Below are positions 35,701-45,404 of a stretch of DNA of 64,000 nt, piece after piece. Every line of letters begins with the position of its first letter. Positions within the stretch are counted from its first letter, which is position 1. A model generated the notes under the pieces. It worked only from the letters and a program-made list of their open reading frames with translations, did not search any database and was not told the DNA's origin. This DNA comes from an uncultured Chloroflexia bacterium. Lineage in GTDB: Bacteria; Chloroflexota; Limnocylindria; Limnocylindrales; CSP1-4. Location: NCBI GenBank assembly GCA_963779375.1, contig CAVZXW010000013.1, positions 273-64,272 on the forward strand, written 5' to 3'. The position numbers and the translations under genes are program-made.

Positions 35701-37041
35701 ATGGCACGACTGTTCGGGACGGACGGGATCCGTGGCATCGCGAACGTGGACCTGAAGCCCACGCTCGCGTACGCCCTCGGTCGCGCAACGGCCCATCTCC
35801 TCGCCGCCGGCCGTGGACCGATCGTGCTGGGCCAGGACACGCGGCGCTCCGGCGACATGTTCGCCGCGGCCATCGTCGCGGGCGCGACCTCGATGGGCGT
35901 CGACGTGCACCGCGCGGGCATCCTCCCGACGCCGGCGCTTGCGCACCTCGCCGGCACGGGCGCCTTCGCCGCCGGGATCGTCGTCTCGGCCTCGCACAAC
36001 CCCGCCGACGACAACGGCCTCAAGGTCCTCGACCGGCGCGGCATCAAGCTCGACGACGCGGTCGAGGACGAGCTGGACAGCCTGATCTGGCGGGCCGACG
36101 AGCTCGCGAGCCCGACCAACGCGGCGATAGGGCGCGACGTGGACGCGCGACACCTCGTCGAGGAGTACGTCGCGCACCGTGTGCGGCTCGCCCGCCGCAG
36201 CCGCAACGACCTGCGCGTGATCGTGGACTGTGCCAACGGGTCCGGCTGCGGGGTCGCCGGCCGCATCATCGGCGAGAGTGGATCGCGCGTCTCCACCATT
36301 CACGACTCCCCCGACGGCGTGAACATCAACCTCGACTGCGGGGCGACGCACCCGGAGGCACTCGCCGCGTGGGTGGCCGAGCAGGGAGCGGACGTGGGCT
36401 TCGCGCTCGACGGCGACGCGGACCGCTGCGTGGCCGTGGACGAGCGCGGGCGCGTGGTCGACGGCGACCGGCTCATCGGGCTCATCGCGCTCGACCGCCT
36501 GCAGCGCGACGCACTGACGGGCTGCACGGTGGTCGTGAGCGTGCTCTCGAACGGAGGCCTGGCGAGCGCGATCGAGGGCGCGGGGGGTCACGTCATCCGG
36601 ACGCCCGTCGGCGACAAGTACATCCTCGACGCGATGCTCGTGTCGGGCGCCGGGCTCGGCGGGGAGAAGAGCGGGCACGTGATCGTGGCGGAGCACGCCA
36701 ACGCCGGTGACGGGATCGTCACCGCCCTGGAGGTGCTGGGCATCCTCGCGCGCCGGGGCCTCCGCCTCTCGGAGCTCGTCGACACCATCCCGCTCTATCC
36801 GCAGCAGCAGCGCAGTGTCCGGGTCCGGCACAAGGACCAGTGGGATGCGGACCCCTCGCTCGTCGCCGCGGTGCGCAGCGCCGAGGCGGAGCTGGCCGCC
36901 GGCGGGCGGGTGCTCGTGCGGCCCTCCGGCACGGAGCCGGTGCTGCGCATCATGGTGGAGGGCGAGGACGAGGCCCTCGTCTCGTCGCTCGCCGATCGGC
37001 TCGCGAACCTCGCGACCCGGCGTCTCGATCAGCCCGCCTGA
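35701..37041 (+). CDS. glmM: Phosphoglucosamine mutase
   Basis: ATG 35701. Motifs: LFGTDGIRG, GIVVSASHNPADDNGLK, GFALDGDADR, GGEKSGH, LVRPSGTEPVLRIMVEG. Confidence 0.95.
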   Translation: MARLFGTDGIRGIANVDLKPTLAYALGRATAHLLAAGRGPIVLGQDTRRSGDMFAAAIVAGATSMGVDVHRAGILPTPALAHLAGTGAFAAGIVVSASHNPADDNGLKVLDRRGIKLDDAVEDELDSLIWRADELASPTNAAIGRDVDARHLVEEYVAHRVRLARRSRNDLRVIVDCANGSGCGVAGRIIGESGSRVSTIHDSPDGVNINLDCGATHPEALAAWVAEQGADVGFALDGDADRCVAVDERGRVVDGDRLIGLIALDRLQRDALTGCTVVVSVLSNGGLASAIEGAGGHVIRTPVGDKYILDAMLVSGAGLGGEKSGHVIVAEHANAGDGIVTALEVLGILARRGLRLSELVDTIPLYPQQQRSVRVRHKDQWDADPSLVAAVRSAEAELAAGGRVLVRPSGTEPVLRIMVEGEDEALVSSLADRLANLATRRLDQPA

Positions 37042-37064
37042 CGGGCACCGGAGGGCACGGCAGC

Positions 37065-38892
37065 ATGTGCGGAATCGTCGGGTACAGCGGGCCCCGGGAG
37101 GCGGCCCCGATCCTGCTGGAGGGTCTCGCGCGGCTCGAGTACCGCGGCTACGACTCGGCGGGCATCGCCCTGGTGCGCGCCGACGGGTCGATCTTCGTCG
37201 AGAAGAAGGCGGGCAAGCTGGCCAACCTGCGCGCCGCGATCGGCGAGGACGCGCCGTCGTCCGGCGTGGGGCTGGCGCACACGCGCTGGGCGACCCACGG
37301 CCGGCCGAACGACCTCAACGCGCATCCGCACGCCGACTGCACGGGCGACATCGTGGTGATCCACAACGGGATCATCGAGAACTTCCGCGAGCTCCGCGAC
37401 GGGCTCGAGGCGCGCGGTCACCGGCTGGCGTCGGAGACCGACACGGAGGCGCTCGCCCACCTGGTCGAGGAGGAGTACACGGACGACATCGGGGACGCGG
37501 TCCGGCGCGCGCTCGCCCGCGTCTCCGGCGCGTACGCCCTGGTCGCGCTCCACGCCGGCGAGCCGGGCAGGCTCATCGGCGCCCGGATGAACGTGCCGCT
37601 GATCGTGGGCATCGGCGACGGGGAGATCCTTCGTCGCCTCGGACGTGGCGGCGGTGCTGGCATACACGAACCGCGTGATCTTCCTCGAGGAGGGAGACGT
37701 CGTGGACCTCGACGCCGGCTCCGTCCGGATCACGGGGCTCGACGGCGAGCCGCGCGACCGGCCCGTGCAGACCATCGACTGGACGATCGAGGCGGCCGAG
37801 AAGGGCGGGTACCCGCACTTCATGCTGAAGGAGATGCACGAGCAGCCGGATGCGATCCGCGCCGCCATCACCGGCCGGCTCCTGCGGGACCGGCTCGCCC
37901 TCGACGAGCTCGAGTCCGTCGGAGACGCGCTGGCCACGGCCGACCGCGTCGAGTTCATCGCCTGCGGGACTGCCGCCTACGCGAGCCTGGTCGGAGCCCA
38001 CCTCGTCGAGGCCATGGCGGGCGTCCCGTCCCGCGTCACCGTGGCATCCGAGTTCCGGTACTCGCCCCCGCCCCTCGACGCCCGGACACTGGTGATCGCC
38101 GTGAGCCAGTCCGGCGAGACCGCGGACACCCTTGCCGCGGCGCGGCTCGCACGGTCGCGCGGCTGCCCGATCGTGGCCATCACGAACACGGTCGGATCGG
38201 CGCTCACCCGCGAGGCGGACGCGGTCTGTTTCCTGCAGGCGGGCCCCGAGGTGGCCGTCGCCGCGACCAAGACGTTCGTCACGCAGGTCACGGTGGCCGT
38301 CATGCTCGCCGCGGTCATTGCCCGCGCGCGCGGGCGGCTGGACCCCGCGGCCGAGGGTGCGCTCGTGACGGCTCTCCGCGCGCTGCCCGACCAGGCCCGC
38401 CGGGTCCTGGAGCTCGATCCGGTCGTCCGCGCCGCCGCCCGCAGGTACGTGAACAGCCGCGGCTTCATGTTCGTCGGCCGTGGCGTGGGATACCCTGCCG
38501 CCATGGAGGGCGCGCTCAAGCTCAAGGAGGTCAGCTACACGCACGCCGAGGGCTACGCGGCGGGTGAGTTGAAGCACGGGCCCATCTCGCTCCTGGACGC
38601 GGAGGTGCCGCTCGTCGCCATCGCGACGCGGTCGTCGGTGCAGGAGAAGCTCATCAGCAACGTGATGGAGGGCCGCGCTCGCGACGCCCGCGTGATCGCC
38701 GTGGCCACGGAGGGCGACGAGGAGATCGCGCGGTACGCCGACGACGTCTTCGCGGTGCCGGAAACCCCCGAGGCGCTGAGCCCCATCCTCGCCGTGATCC
38801 CGCTCCAGCTCTTCGCCTACCACATGGCCGTGGCGCGCGGCACCGACGTGGACCAGCCGCGCAACCTGGCCAAGTCGGTGACGGTCGAGTAG
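37065..38892 (+). CDS. glmS: Glutamine-fructose-6-phosphate aminotransferase (one frameshift near ~37630 in this sequence)
   Basis: MCGIVGY at 37065, then HTRWATHG and VIHNGIIEN. After ~37630 the sequence continues in the frame of ORF 37645..38892 with SDVAAVLAYTNRVIFLEEGD, AISQSGETADT, EGALKLKEVSY and LAKSVTVE. Confidence 0.95.
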
Positions 38893-38898
38893 GGCGGC

Positions 38899-39471
38899 AT
38901 GACCGACGGGCCCGATCGGGCGGCGCCTGCGGACGGGCCGGACGGGCCGGGAGGTCCGCCCGAGGAGATTCCCGAGCTGGGAGTGGACATCATCCGCGTG
39001 TCCCGGATCGCGGAGGCGCTCCAGCGCTTCGGCACCCGGTTTGCGCGACGGGTCCTGACTCCGGCCGAGGCGTCGTACGTGCGCTCGAACGCCGAGCGGT
39101 TCGCCGGGCGCTGGGCCGCCAAGGAAGCGGTGAGCAAGGTGCTCGGCCTCGGGGTGCGGGGCGTCGGGTGGCGCGACATCGAGGTCGTGCGGCTGCCCAC
39201 CGGACAGCCGGCCGTCCGGCTCTCGGGGCGGGCACGGACGAGGGCGGAGCAGCTCGGGATGGGACGCATCGCGCTGTCGATCACGCACGAGCGCGAGTAC
39301 GCGGTGGCGGTCGCGTCGGGGATCCGCACGGCTGGCGGCGCGTTCCTGTTCCCGCCCGACATCGAGGCGCGGCTCGACGAGCGCGAGCAGCGCCTGCTGG
39401 TCCGGCTCGACCGTATCCGCGACCTCGCCACGGAACTCCGTGGCGCCGAGGACCCGGGGGAGAAGTCATGA
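38899..39471 (+). CDS. acpS: Holo-[acyl-carrier-protein] synthase with N- and C-terminal extensions
   Basis: Motifs: LGVDIIRVSRI, RVLTPAE, RWAAKEAVSKVLG, IEVVRLPTGQP, SITHEREYAVAVA. Confidence 0.85.
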   Translation: MTDGPDRAAPADGPDGPGGPPEEIPELGVDIIRVSRIAEALQRFGTRFARRVLTPAEASYVRSNAERFAGRWAAKEAVSKVLGLGVRGVGWRDIEVVRLPTGQPAVRLSGRARTRAEQLGMGRIALSITHEREYAVAVASGIRTAGGAFLFPPDIEARLDEREQRLLVRLDRIRDLATELRGAEDPGEKS

Positions 39472-40433
39472 GCGAGACGGTTCGCGACCCGGTGCAGGAG
39501 CTCGACGACCAGGCCGTGGCCGCACTCCTGCCCGTCCGGGAGCCCCGGGCACACAAGGGCGACAACGGACGGGTGCTCGTCGTCGCGGGCTCGCTGGACT
39601 ACGCCGGCGCCGGGCTCCTCGCCAGCCACGCGGCCGGGCGCGCCGGGGCGGGATTGGTCACCCTGGCGGTCCCGAGGTCCCTGCAGCCCGTGGTCGCCGG
39701 TCGGTTCATCGAGGTGATCACGCTGGGGCTCCCCGAGCGCTCGCCGTTCGAGGTGGACGCGGATGCCTCCGCCGCGCTCCTGGAGGACGTCCCGCACGAT
39801 GCCCTGGTCCTCGGTCCGGGGCTCCGCCGCTCGGACGCGAACGACGCGATGGTCCTGGCGCTGCTCGCCCAGGCCGGGGCGCCCGCCGTCGTGGACGCCG
39901 AGGCGCTCAACGCGCTCTCGCGCACCCCCGGCTGGCACGCTGGCGTGGGGCGGTCCTGCGTGCTGACGCCCCACCCCGGCGAGTTCCGCAGGCTCCGGCC
40001 GGACGAGGCGGGCGACCTGGCGACCGACGACGATGCCCGGGAGCGTGCGGTGCGCGAGGCCGCCGCGGCGTGGGGCCAGGTCGTGCTGCTCAAGGGGGCC
40101 CGGACGGTGGTGGCCACACCGGGCGGTGAGGCGGCCCGGGCGCCGTTCGAGAATCCGGCGCTCGGGACGGGTGGCACCGGCGACGTGCTCTCGGGCGTGA
40201 TCGGCGCCCTGCTCGGGCAGCGCCTGGACCCGTACGGAGCCGCCCGCGTCGGCGTGTACCTCCACGGAACTGCCGGCGAGGTGATCCGCGAGCGCCTCGG
40301 CGACAGCGGCCTCCTCGCGTCCGACCTGCCCGGCGAGGTCGCGCACGCGCGTCACCGGCTGACCCGGATGCGGGAGCGGCGCACGGGGGGTGGGCGCCGG
40401 GTCGGGTTCGCGCCGCGCGGCGACATCGCGTGA
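39468..40433 (+). CDS. nnrD: ADP-dependent NAD(P)H-hydrate dehydratase (YjeF C-terminal-type; no epimerase domain)
   Basis: ATG 39468 overlaps the acpS stop. Motifs: HKGDNGRVLVVAGS, YAGAGLLA, LTPHPGEF, LLKGARTVVA, GTGGTGDVLSGVIGALL. Confidence 0.88.
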   Translation: MSETVRDPVQELDDQAVAALLPVREPRAHKGDNGRVLVVAGSLDYAGAGLLASHAAGRAGAGLVTLAVPRSLQPVVAGRFIEVITLGLPERSPFEVDADASAALLEDVPHDALVLGPGLRRSDANDAMVLALLAQAGAPAVVDAEALNALSRTPGWHAGVGRSCVLTPHPGEFRRLRPDEAGDLATDDDARERAVREAAAAWGQVVLLKGARTVVATPGGEAARAPFENPALGTGGTGDVLSGVIGALLGQRLDPYGAARVGVYLHGTAGEVIRERLGDSGLLASDLPGEVAHARHRLTRMRERRTGGGRRVGFAPRGDIA

Positions 40434-41685
40434 GCGCGGCGCTCCACCGGCCGATCGAGGCGCGCCTCGAGGCGGCGGGCCTGCCGGCCCTGCCCCGATC
40501 CGCCTGGCTCGAGATCGACGTCGGGGCGCTGGCCGCCAACGTCGCGACCCTGCGGTCCCTGCTGCAGCCGAACGTCCGGCTGGCGGCGGTGGTGAAAGCG
40601 GATGCGTACGGCCACGGGCTCGTCCCGGTGGCGCAGGGTGTTCGCGGAGGCCGGGGCGGACTACCTGTGCGTGGCGACGCTGGACGAGGCCCTGGCGGTG
40701 GCGGATGCCCGCACCGGCGTCCCCGTCCTGGCTCTGTTCGAACCTCCACCCGACGGCCTCGCGGCCGCCGCGGCGGCGGGGATCGAGGTCACCCTGGCGA
40801 CGGAGGACGCGGCCCGAGTGGTGCAGCGCGCCGGGGTTCCGGCCGGCGTTCCGCTGCGCGTGCACCTGGAGATCGACACGGGCCTCGGGCGCGCAGGCGT
40901 GCGGGTGGACCGTGCGGGGCAGGTCGCGGCGTCGCTCGCGCGCCTGCCCGGCGTCGAGCTCGTGGGGACCTGGACGCACCTGGCCAGCGCCCACGACGCG
41001 TCGGTCAGCCTCCGGCAGGACGGTCGCTTCCGCGACGGTTCCGCCGCCGTCGAGGAGGCGGCAGCACGCACCGTGCTGCGCCACGTCGCCGCCACCGGGG
41101 GGCTGCTGGCCTCGACCACGCCGCAGTACGACATGGTTCGCCTGGGCCTTTCGCTCTACGGCCTCCTTCCCGACGCGTTTCCCGTCGCGCCCGGGGCACG
41201 CGCGGCTGCGGCCGCCCTTCGCCCGGCCATGTCGCCTGTGCGCGCGTCCATTGCGCGTCACGGACGTGGACACGGGCGACGGGGTGGGGTACGGGGCCCG
41301 CTGGCGAGCCCAGCGGCCGTCGCGGATCGCCACCCTGCCTGTCGGCTATGGCGACGGGTGGGCATACGCCTCGGCGGGGCGCACCTTCGCGCTCGTTCGG
41401 GGCCGTCGCGTGCCGCTGGTCGGCAGCGTGGCGATGGACGCCATCGCCGCCGACGTGACCGACGTCCCGGGAGCGGGGCTTGCCGACGAGTTCGTGCTGC
41501 TGGGCTCCCAGGGATCCGAGCGGATCACGGCGCTGGAGCTGGCGCGTGAGCGCACCACGATCCCGTGGGAGATCGTCACCGCGATGGCGTCACGCCTGCC
41601 CCGCGTGTACGATGCGGGCGGCGAGGTGTTGAGCGTGCGGACGCTATCGGGAGAGGTGCGCGCCGTCGGCGCGAGGGCGAGATGA
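40430..41685 (+). pseudogene. alr: Alanine racemase, split over three frames (indels near ~40636 and ~41235; probably sequence error)
   Basis: Frame 1 carries AWLEIDVGALAANVATLR...AVVKADAYGHG. Frame 2 carries VFAEAGADYLCVATLDEAL...LRVHLEIDTGLGRAG...THLASA...HVAATGG. Frame 3 carries RVTDVDTGDGVGYGARW...IATLPVGYGDGW...VGSVAMD. Confidence 0.92.
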
Positions 41686-42398
41686 GTGGCATCAGGCTGT
41701 GGAACGGCGATATCTGCGACCTCCAGGTCGACGCGATCGTCGTTCCGTCGACGCCCGCGCTCTGGATGACGTCGGGTGCCGCGGTCGGCGTGAAGCAGCG
41801 CGGCGGGCACGGCATCGAGTTCGAGGCCGTCGCCAGGGCTCCGCAGCCCATCGGGTCGGCCGTCGCGACCGGTCCGGGCACCCTCGATTGCCGGTACGTG
41901 ATCCACGCCGTGTCCCTCGGCCCCGACCGCCGCACCTCGGCGGCCGGCATCGACGGCGCGACGCGAGCCGCCCTGCGCGTCGCGGACCGGCTGCAGGCGC
42001 ATGTACTTGCCCTCCCGGCGCTCGGCTCGCAGCTGGGCGGCGTCCCGCTGGCGGAGTGCGCGCGAATCATGATGCGCGCCATCCGCGAGACGCTGGCCGA
42101 GTGCCCGTCGCTCGACGAGGTCGTGCTCGCGCTGCGGGGGCCACTGACGTACGCCGCATTCCAGGCCGAGATCGGGCGGCAGCACGCCCTGCGTGCCGTC
42201 CCGGTCGTGCCGGGAGCGAACGGCGGGCCGCGGGACATCCCGGGCGTCCTCGGTGCGGCGCCGGACGCCGGCATGGAGACCCGGCGGGGCGCGGACCGGA
42301 CGCAGCTGCCATTGGACCGCCAGCCCGAGAGCCCGGCACGCATCGCGTTCGACCCGGCCGTGGGCAGCACGGCGGGCAGTGGCGATCCGGACCGGTGA
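41682..42398 (+). CDS. Macro-domain protein (ADP-ribose/O-acetyl-ADP-ribose binding or hydrolase family) with a ~70-aa low-complexity tail
   Basis: ATG 41682 overlaps the alr stop (ATGA). Sequence: IRLWNGDICDLQVDAIVVPSTPALWMTSGAAVGVKQRGG...GSAVATGPGTLDCRYVIHAV...LALPALGSQLGGVP. Confidence 0.7.
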   Translation: MSGIRLWNGDICDLQVDAIVVPSTPALWMTSGAAVGVKQRGGHGIEFEAVARAPQPIGSAVATGPGTLDCRYVIHAVSLGPDRRTSAAGIDGATRAALRVADRLQAHVLALPALGSQLGGVPLAECARIMMRAIRETLAECPSLDEVVLALRGPLTYAAFQAEIGRQHALRAVPVVPGANGGPRDIPGVLGAAPDAGMETRRGADRTQLPLDRQPESPARIAFDPAVGSTAGSGDPDR

Positions 42399-42688
42399 AC
42401 GAGCCGCGGTTCCTGCGCCAGGAGGAGGTGCAGGACGAGCTTGTCGACTCCGTCGCGCGCGAGGTGCAGCTGCGCGGCATGACGACGTCCATGGTGCTGT
42501 TCCTGGAGGCGAGCCGGCCGTACCGTGCCCTGGGCAGCCAGGCCATGCTGTTCTTCGACCCCGTCCTCAGGGGGATCCTGACGGGCGGGATCTCCGGAGT
42601 CGACCGCGTGATGGCCGACGACAGTGGCATAGAGCGCCTGATCGAGCGCCTCGAGGAGCTGGACGAGGAATCGCGCTGGGATTCGTGA
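42395..42688 (+). CDS. Small hypothetical protein (97 aa)
   Basis: GTG 42395 overlaps the macro-gene stop (GTGA). Sequence: VNEPRFLRQEEVQDELVDSVAREVQLRGMTTSMVLFLEASRPYRALGSQAMLFFDPVLRGIL...IERLIERLEELDEESRWDS. No family recognised. Confidence 0.45.
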   Translation: MNEPRFLRQEEVQDELVDSVAREVQLRGMTTSMVLFLEASRPYRALGSQAMLFFDPVLRGILTGGISGVDRVMADDSGIERLIERLEELDEESRWDS

Positions 42689-42771
42689 GCCGGCCGGCAC
42701 GTGCCCGTGCCGCGGCCCTCCCCGTGGAGCCCGCACCCACGCGACCGACTCCGGCCGGGTAGGATTCCGGC

Positions 42772-44376
42772 GTGACGTCCGGCGCTCATCCCTTCTTCAC
42801 CCTGGACATCGGGTCCGCCACGGTCGGTGCCGGCCTCGTCGCCCGCATCGAGGGCCGGTGGCGGCTGCTCGCGTCGGCGGCCGTGCCCGCCGGTGTGGGC
42901 GTGGAGCCGCTCCTCCGCCGCCTGGCCGAGGGCGTCGCTGCGGCGGACGGCGACCTGCTCGGGGGGGCGGGGGACTGGAGCGAATGGGCGCGCGTGGAGA
43001 GCCGGACGGGTCCGGCGCCGCGGGTCGTGGTCGCGGGCCCGTCGGACCGCGCCGTGGAGCCGCTCCTCCACGCGTTCGCCATGGACGGCTGGCAGGCCGC
43101 GGCGAACGTGACGCCCGAGCGCGCGGCCGCCCTCGACGCCGCGCGTGCCCTCCGCGATCCGGATCTCGATCTCGTGGTGGTGGCGGCACCGGATGGCATG
43201 GGCGGGAGCGAGCGTGAGGCGCTCCTCGACGTCGCGGCGCTGATCGGCGCGATGGCGGGCCTCCGGGAGGATCTGCCCGTGCTCGTGTCCGGATCCGCCG
43301 CGACCACGATCCCGGACCTCCCGCCGGAGCGCATCATCCGCGCGCACGGTCCCGGCGACGCCGTGGCCGTCGCACGGGAGGCGGTCCCCCGGGCAGGCGG
43401 GGGCCGCGAAGGCTTCATCAGGTCGATCGTGTCGCTCGCGGCCTTGCTGGACCTGCGGGTGGAGGGCGTCGACATCGGGTTCGACGCGGGCACGCGCGTG
43501 CTGGCCGCGCCGGACGGCCTCGTGCGCCGCCTGGTGCTCGCCGACGCGGCGCTGGTCCCGCCCGGCGCGCTCGAGGACCAGAGGATGCTCGACGCGATCG
43601 CGCGGTGGTCGCCGCTTGCCGACGACGCCTACGCGGTCCGCGACCGTCTCAGGAACCTGCGGATCGCGCCATGGAGGGACGCCGCCGGCGACGGGGCGCG
43701 GCTCAGGCTCGCGGCGGCGCGCGCCGCCCTCGAGCGGCTGCAGGAGGCCTGGCAGGATGAGGGCCGCGATCGCGGGCGCGGCCTCCTGCGGCGCACCGAT
43801 CACGGCGCGTCGGGCGAGGAGGCCGTCTCGCCCGACCTGGTGGTCGCGAGCGGCGGGGCGTTCGCCGCGCCGCCCGGTCCCGCCGTGGCGCTGGCACTCG
43901 TCGACACCCTGCGGCGGCCCGGCGCGGTGGCCCTGGCACTCGACCACGCGAGGGTCCTCGGCCCGCTCGGGATGCTGGACGACGAGAGCGACAGGCGCCG
44001 CCTCCTGGCGGATCTCGTGGACGACATCCTGCTCCCCCTCGGAAGCGCGATCGTCGCGCCCGGGTTGCGACCGGCGCGTCGCGGCAGCCTGCGCGTGACC
44101 GCCGACGGCGCGACGACCACCCTCCCGCTCACGTCCGGAGCCGTGCAGGTCGTGGACCTGCCCCCCGGCCTCGCCGCGACGGCGGAGCTGGAATCGCCCG
44201 ATGATCTCGACGTCGGCGCGCGTGCCCGCCGCGTCGCGTTCGCCGTCACGGGCGGTCTCGGGGGCCTCCTCGTCGATACCCGGGACATCCCGCTGCGCCT
44301 GCCCGAGCGCCCCGAGCGCCGGCGCGAATACCTGGACGCCTGGCAGCGCCCGCTCTGGACGAACGCCGAGCCATGA
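42772..44376 (+). CDS. GlmL/MutL-like (glutamate-mutase accessory type) actin-fold (ASKHA) protein, divergent
   Basis: 534-aa ORF. N-terminal phosphate-1-like FFTLDIGSATVGAGLV. DLDLVVVAAPDGMGGSEREALLDVAALIGAM...LPVLVSGSA resembles the GlmL block 'LLaGGtDGG...PVvyAGN'. A second DIG motif, VEGVDIGFDAGTRVLA, is present. The assignment is from memory of the family, not a search. Confidence 0.5.
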   Translation: MTSGAHPFFTLDIGSATVGAGLVARIEGRWRLLASAAVPAGVGVEPLLRRLAEGVAAADGDLLGGAGDWSEWARVESRTGPAPRVVVAGPSDRAVEPLLHAFAMDGWQAAANVTPERAAALDAARALRDPDLDLVVVAAPDGMGGSEREALLDVAALIGAMAGLREDLPVLVSGSAATTIPDLPPERIIRAHGPGDAVAVAREAVPRAGGGREGFIRSIVSLAALLDLRVEGVDIGFDAGTRVLAAPDGLVRRLVLADAALVPPGALEDQRMLDAIARWSPLADDAYAVRDRLRNLRIAPWRDAAGDGARLRLAAARAALERLQEAWQDEGRDRGRGLLRRTDHGASGEEAVSPDLVVASGGAFAAPPGPAVALALVDTLRRPGAVALALDHARVLGPLGMLDDESDRRRLLADLVDDILLPLGSAIVAPGLRPARRGSLRVTADGATTTLPLTSGAVQVVDLPPGLAATAELESPDDLDVGARARRVAFAVTGGLGGLLVDTRDIPLRLPERPERRREYLDAWQRPLWTNAEP

Positions 44377-45404
44377 GCGCGACGCTCCTGATGGACCGCA
44401 TCCCGCTTCGCTCTGCGCGGCTTTCCGGGCCCGCGGTCCGGGTCGCCCTGCGCCCGGGCGACGTGCCGCTCGTCGGGGCGGGCGATCGCGTGGCTCCGGG
44501 CGATCCGCTGCTGCGGCGGGCCAGGCACCCGCAGATCGGCGAACAGGCACTGCACGGCATGCCCGCGCCGCAGCCCGGCACCCGGTTCGCGGAGGGCACG
44601 ACGCTGGCGGGACGCGGGCGCCATCCCGTGCGGTTCGATGGAGCCGGCGAGGTCCTGTACGCGACGCCCGGCGGCAGGCTGCGCGTGGTGATCTCGCGAC
44701 ACCACGCCATCGTCGAGTCGCCCGTCGCCGGAACGGTCGTCTCGATCGACGCCTGCGCGCTCGACATCCGCGTGGACGGCGTCGCGATCCAGGGTGCGAT
44801 GGCCGTCGGGGAGCCGTCCTGCGGGCCGCTGATCATCGCCGTCGGCAGTCCCGACGCGGAACTGCACGCACAGGGCATCGACGTGCGGCACGCGGGAGCC
44901 GTGCTCGTGGCCGGCTCGCGGGTGGATGTCGAGAGCCTCACGAGGGCGCGCGCCATGGGTGTGCGGGGCGTGATCGCCGGCGGCGTGATCGGCGGCGACG
45001 TGGTCGCCCTTCGCGCCTCGATCGAGCGCCAGGAGGCGTCCGTCCATGCCAGCCCGCCCTTCGCCCTCGTGGTGCTCGACGGCTATGGCAAGCGACCCAT
45101 CCCGCGCGACGCGTGGGAGGCCCTGAACCTGTGCGCCGGCGACACGGTGGGCCTCACGGTGACGCCGCCGTTGGTGGTGCTTCCTCCCGGGTCCGTCCGT
45201 CCGGAGAGCGAACCGGATCGCGTGCGCGTTGCGGCCGGCCCGCTCCTCGGCAGGACCGGCCGCGCCGTCGAGCTCACCGGGGCCCGGCGCCAGGCGGCCG
45301 GCGTGTACCAGGACTGCGTCCGTGTCGCGCTCGACCCGATCGTCTCCCCCGGGCCGCCCGACCTCGTGGTCGTTCCGATCGCCGATCTCGAGCGCGATGG
45401 TTGA
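44373..45404 (+). CDS. Hypothetical protein with an N-terminal lipoyl/barrel-sandwich-like segment and a C-terminal KOW-like segment
   Basis: ATG 44373 overlaps the upstream stop (ATGA). RPGDVPLVGAGDRVAPGDPLL and SPVAGTVVSID are barrel-sandwich-like. The C-terminal VRVAAGPLLGRTGRAVEL...VVVPIADLERDG is KOW-like. No family recognised with confidence. Confidence 0.4.
   Translation: MSATLLMDRIPLRSARLSGPAVRVALRPGDVPLVGAGDRVAPGDPLLRRARHPQIGEQALHGMPAPQPGTRFAEGTTLAGRGRHPVRFDGAGEVLYATPGGRLRVVISRHHAIVESPVAGTVVSIDACALDIRVDGVAIQGAMAVGEPSCGPLIIAVGSPDAELHAQGIDVRHAGAVLVAGSRVDVESLTRARAMGVRGVIAGGVIGGDVVALRASIERQEASVHASPPFALVVLDGYGKRPIPRDAWEALNLCAGDTVGLTVTPPLVVLPPGSVRPESEPDRVRVAAGPLLGRTGRAVELTGARRQAAGVYQDCVRVALDPIVSPGPPDLVVVPIADLERDG

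Noticed and set aside
37042-37064. glmS ribozyme upstream of glmS
   Set aside because: Only 23 nt separate the glmM stop and the glmS start, which is far too short for the ~170-nt ribozyme.
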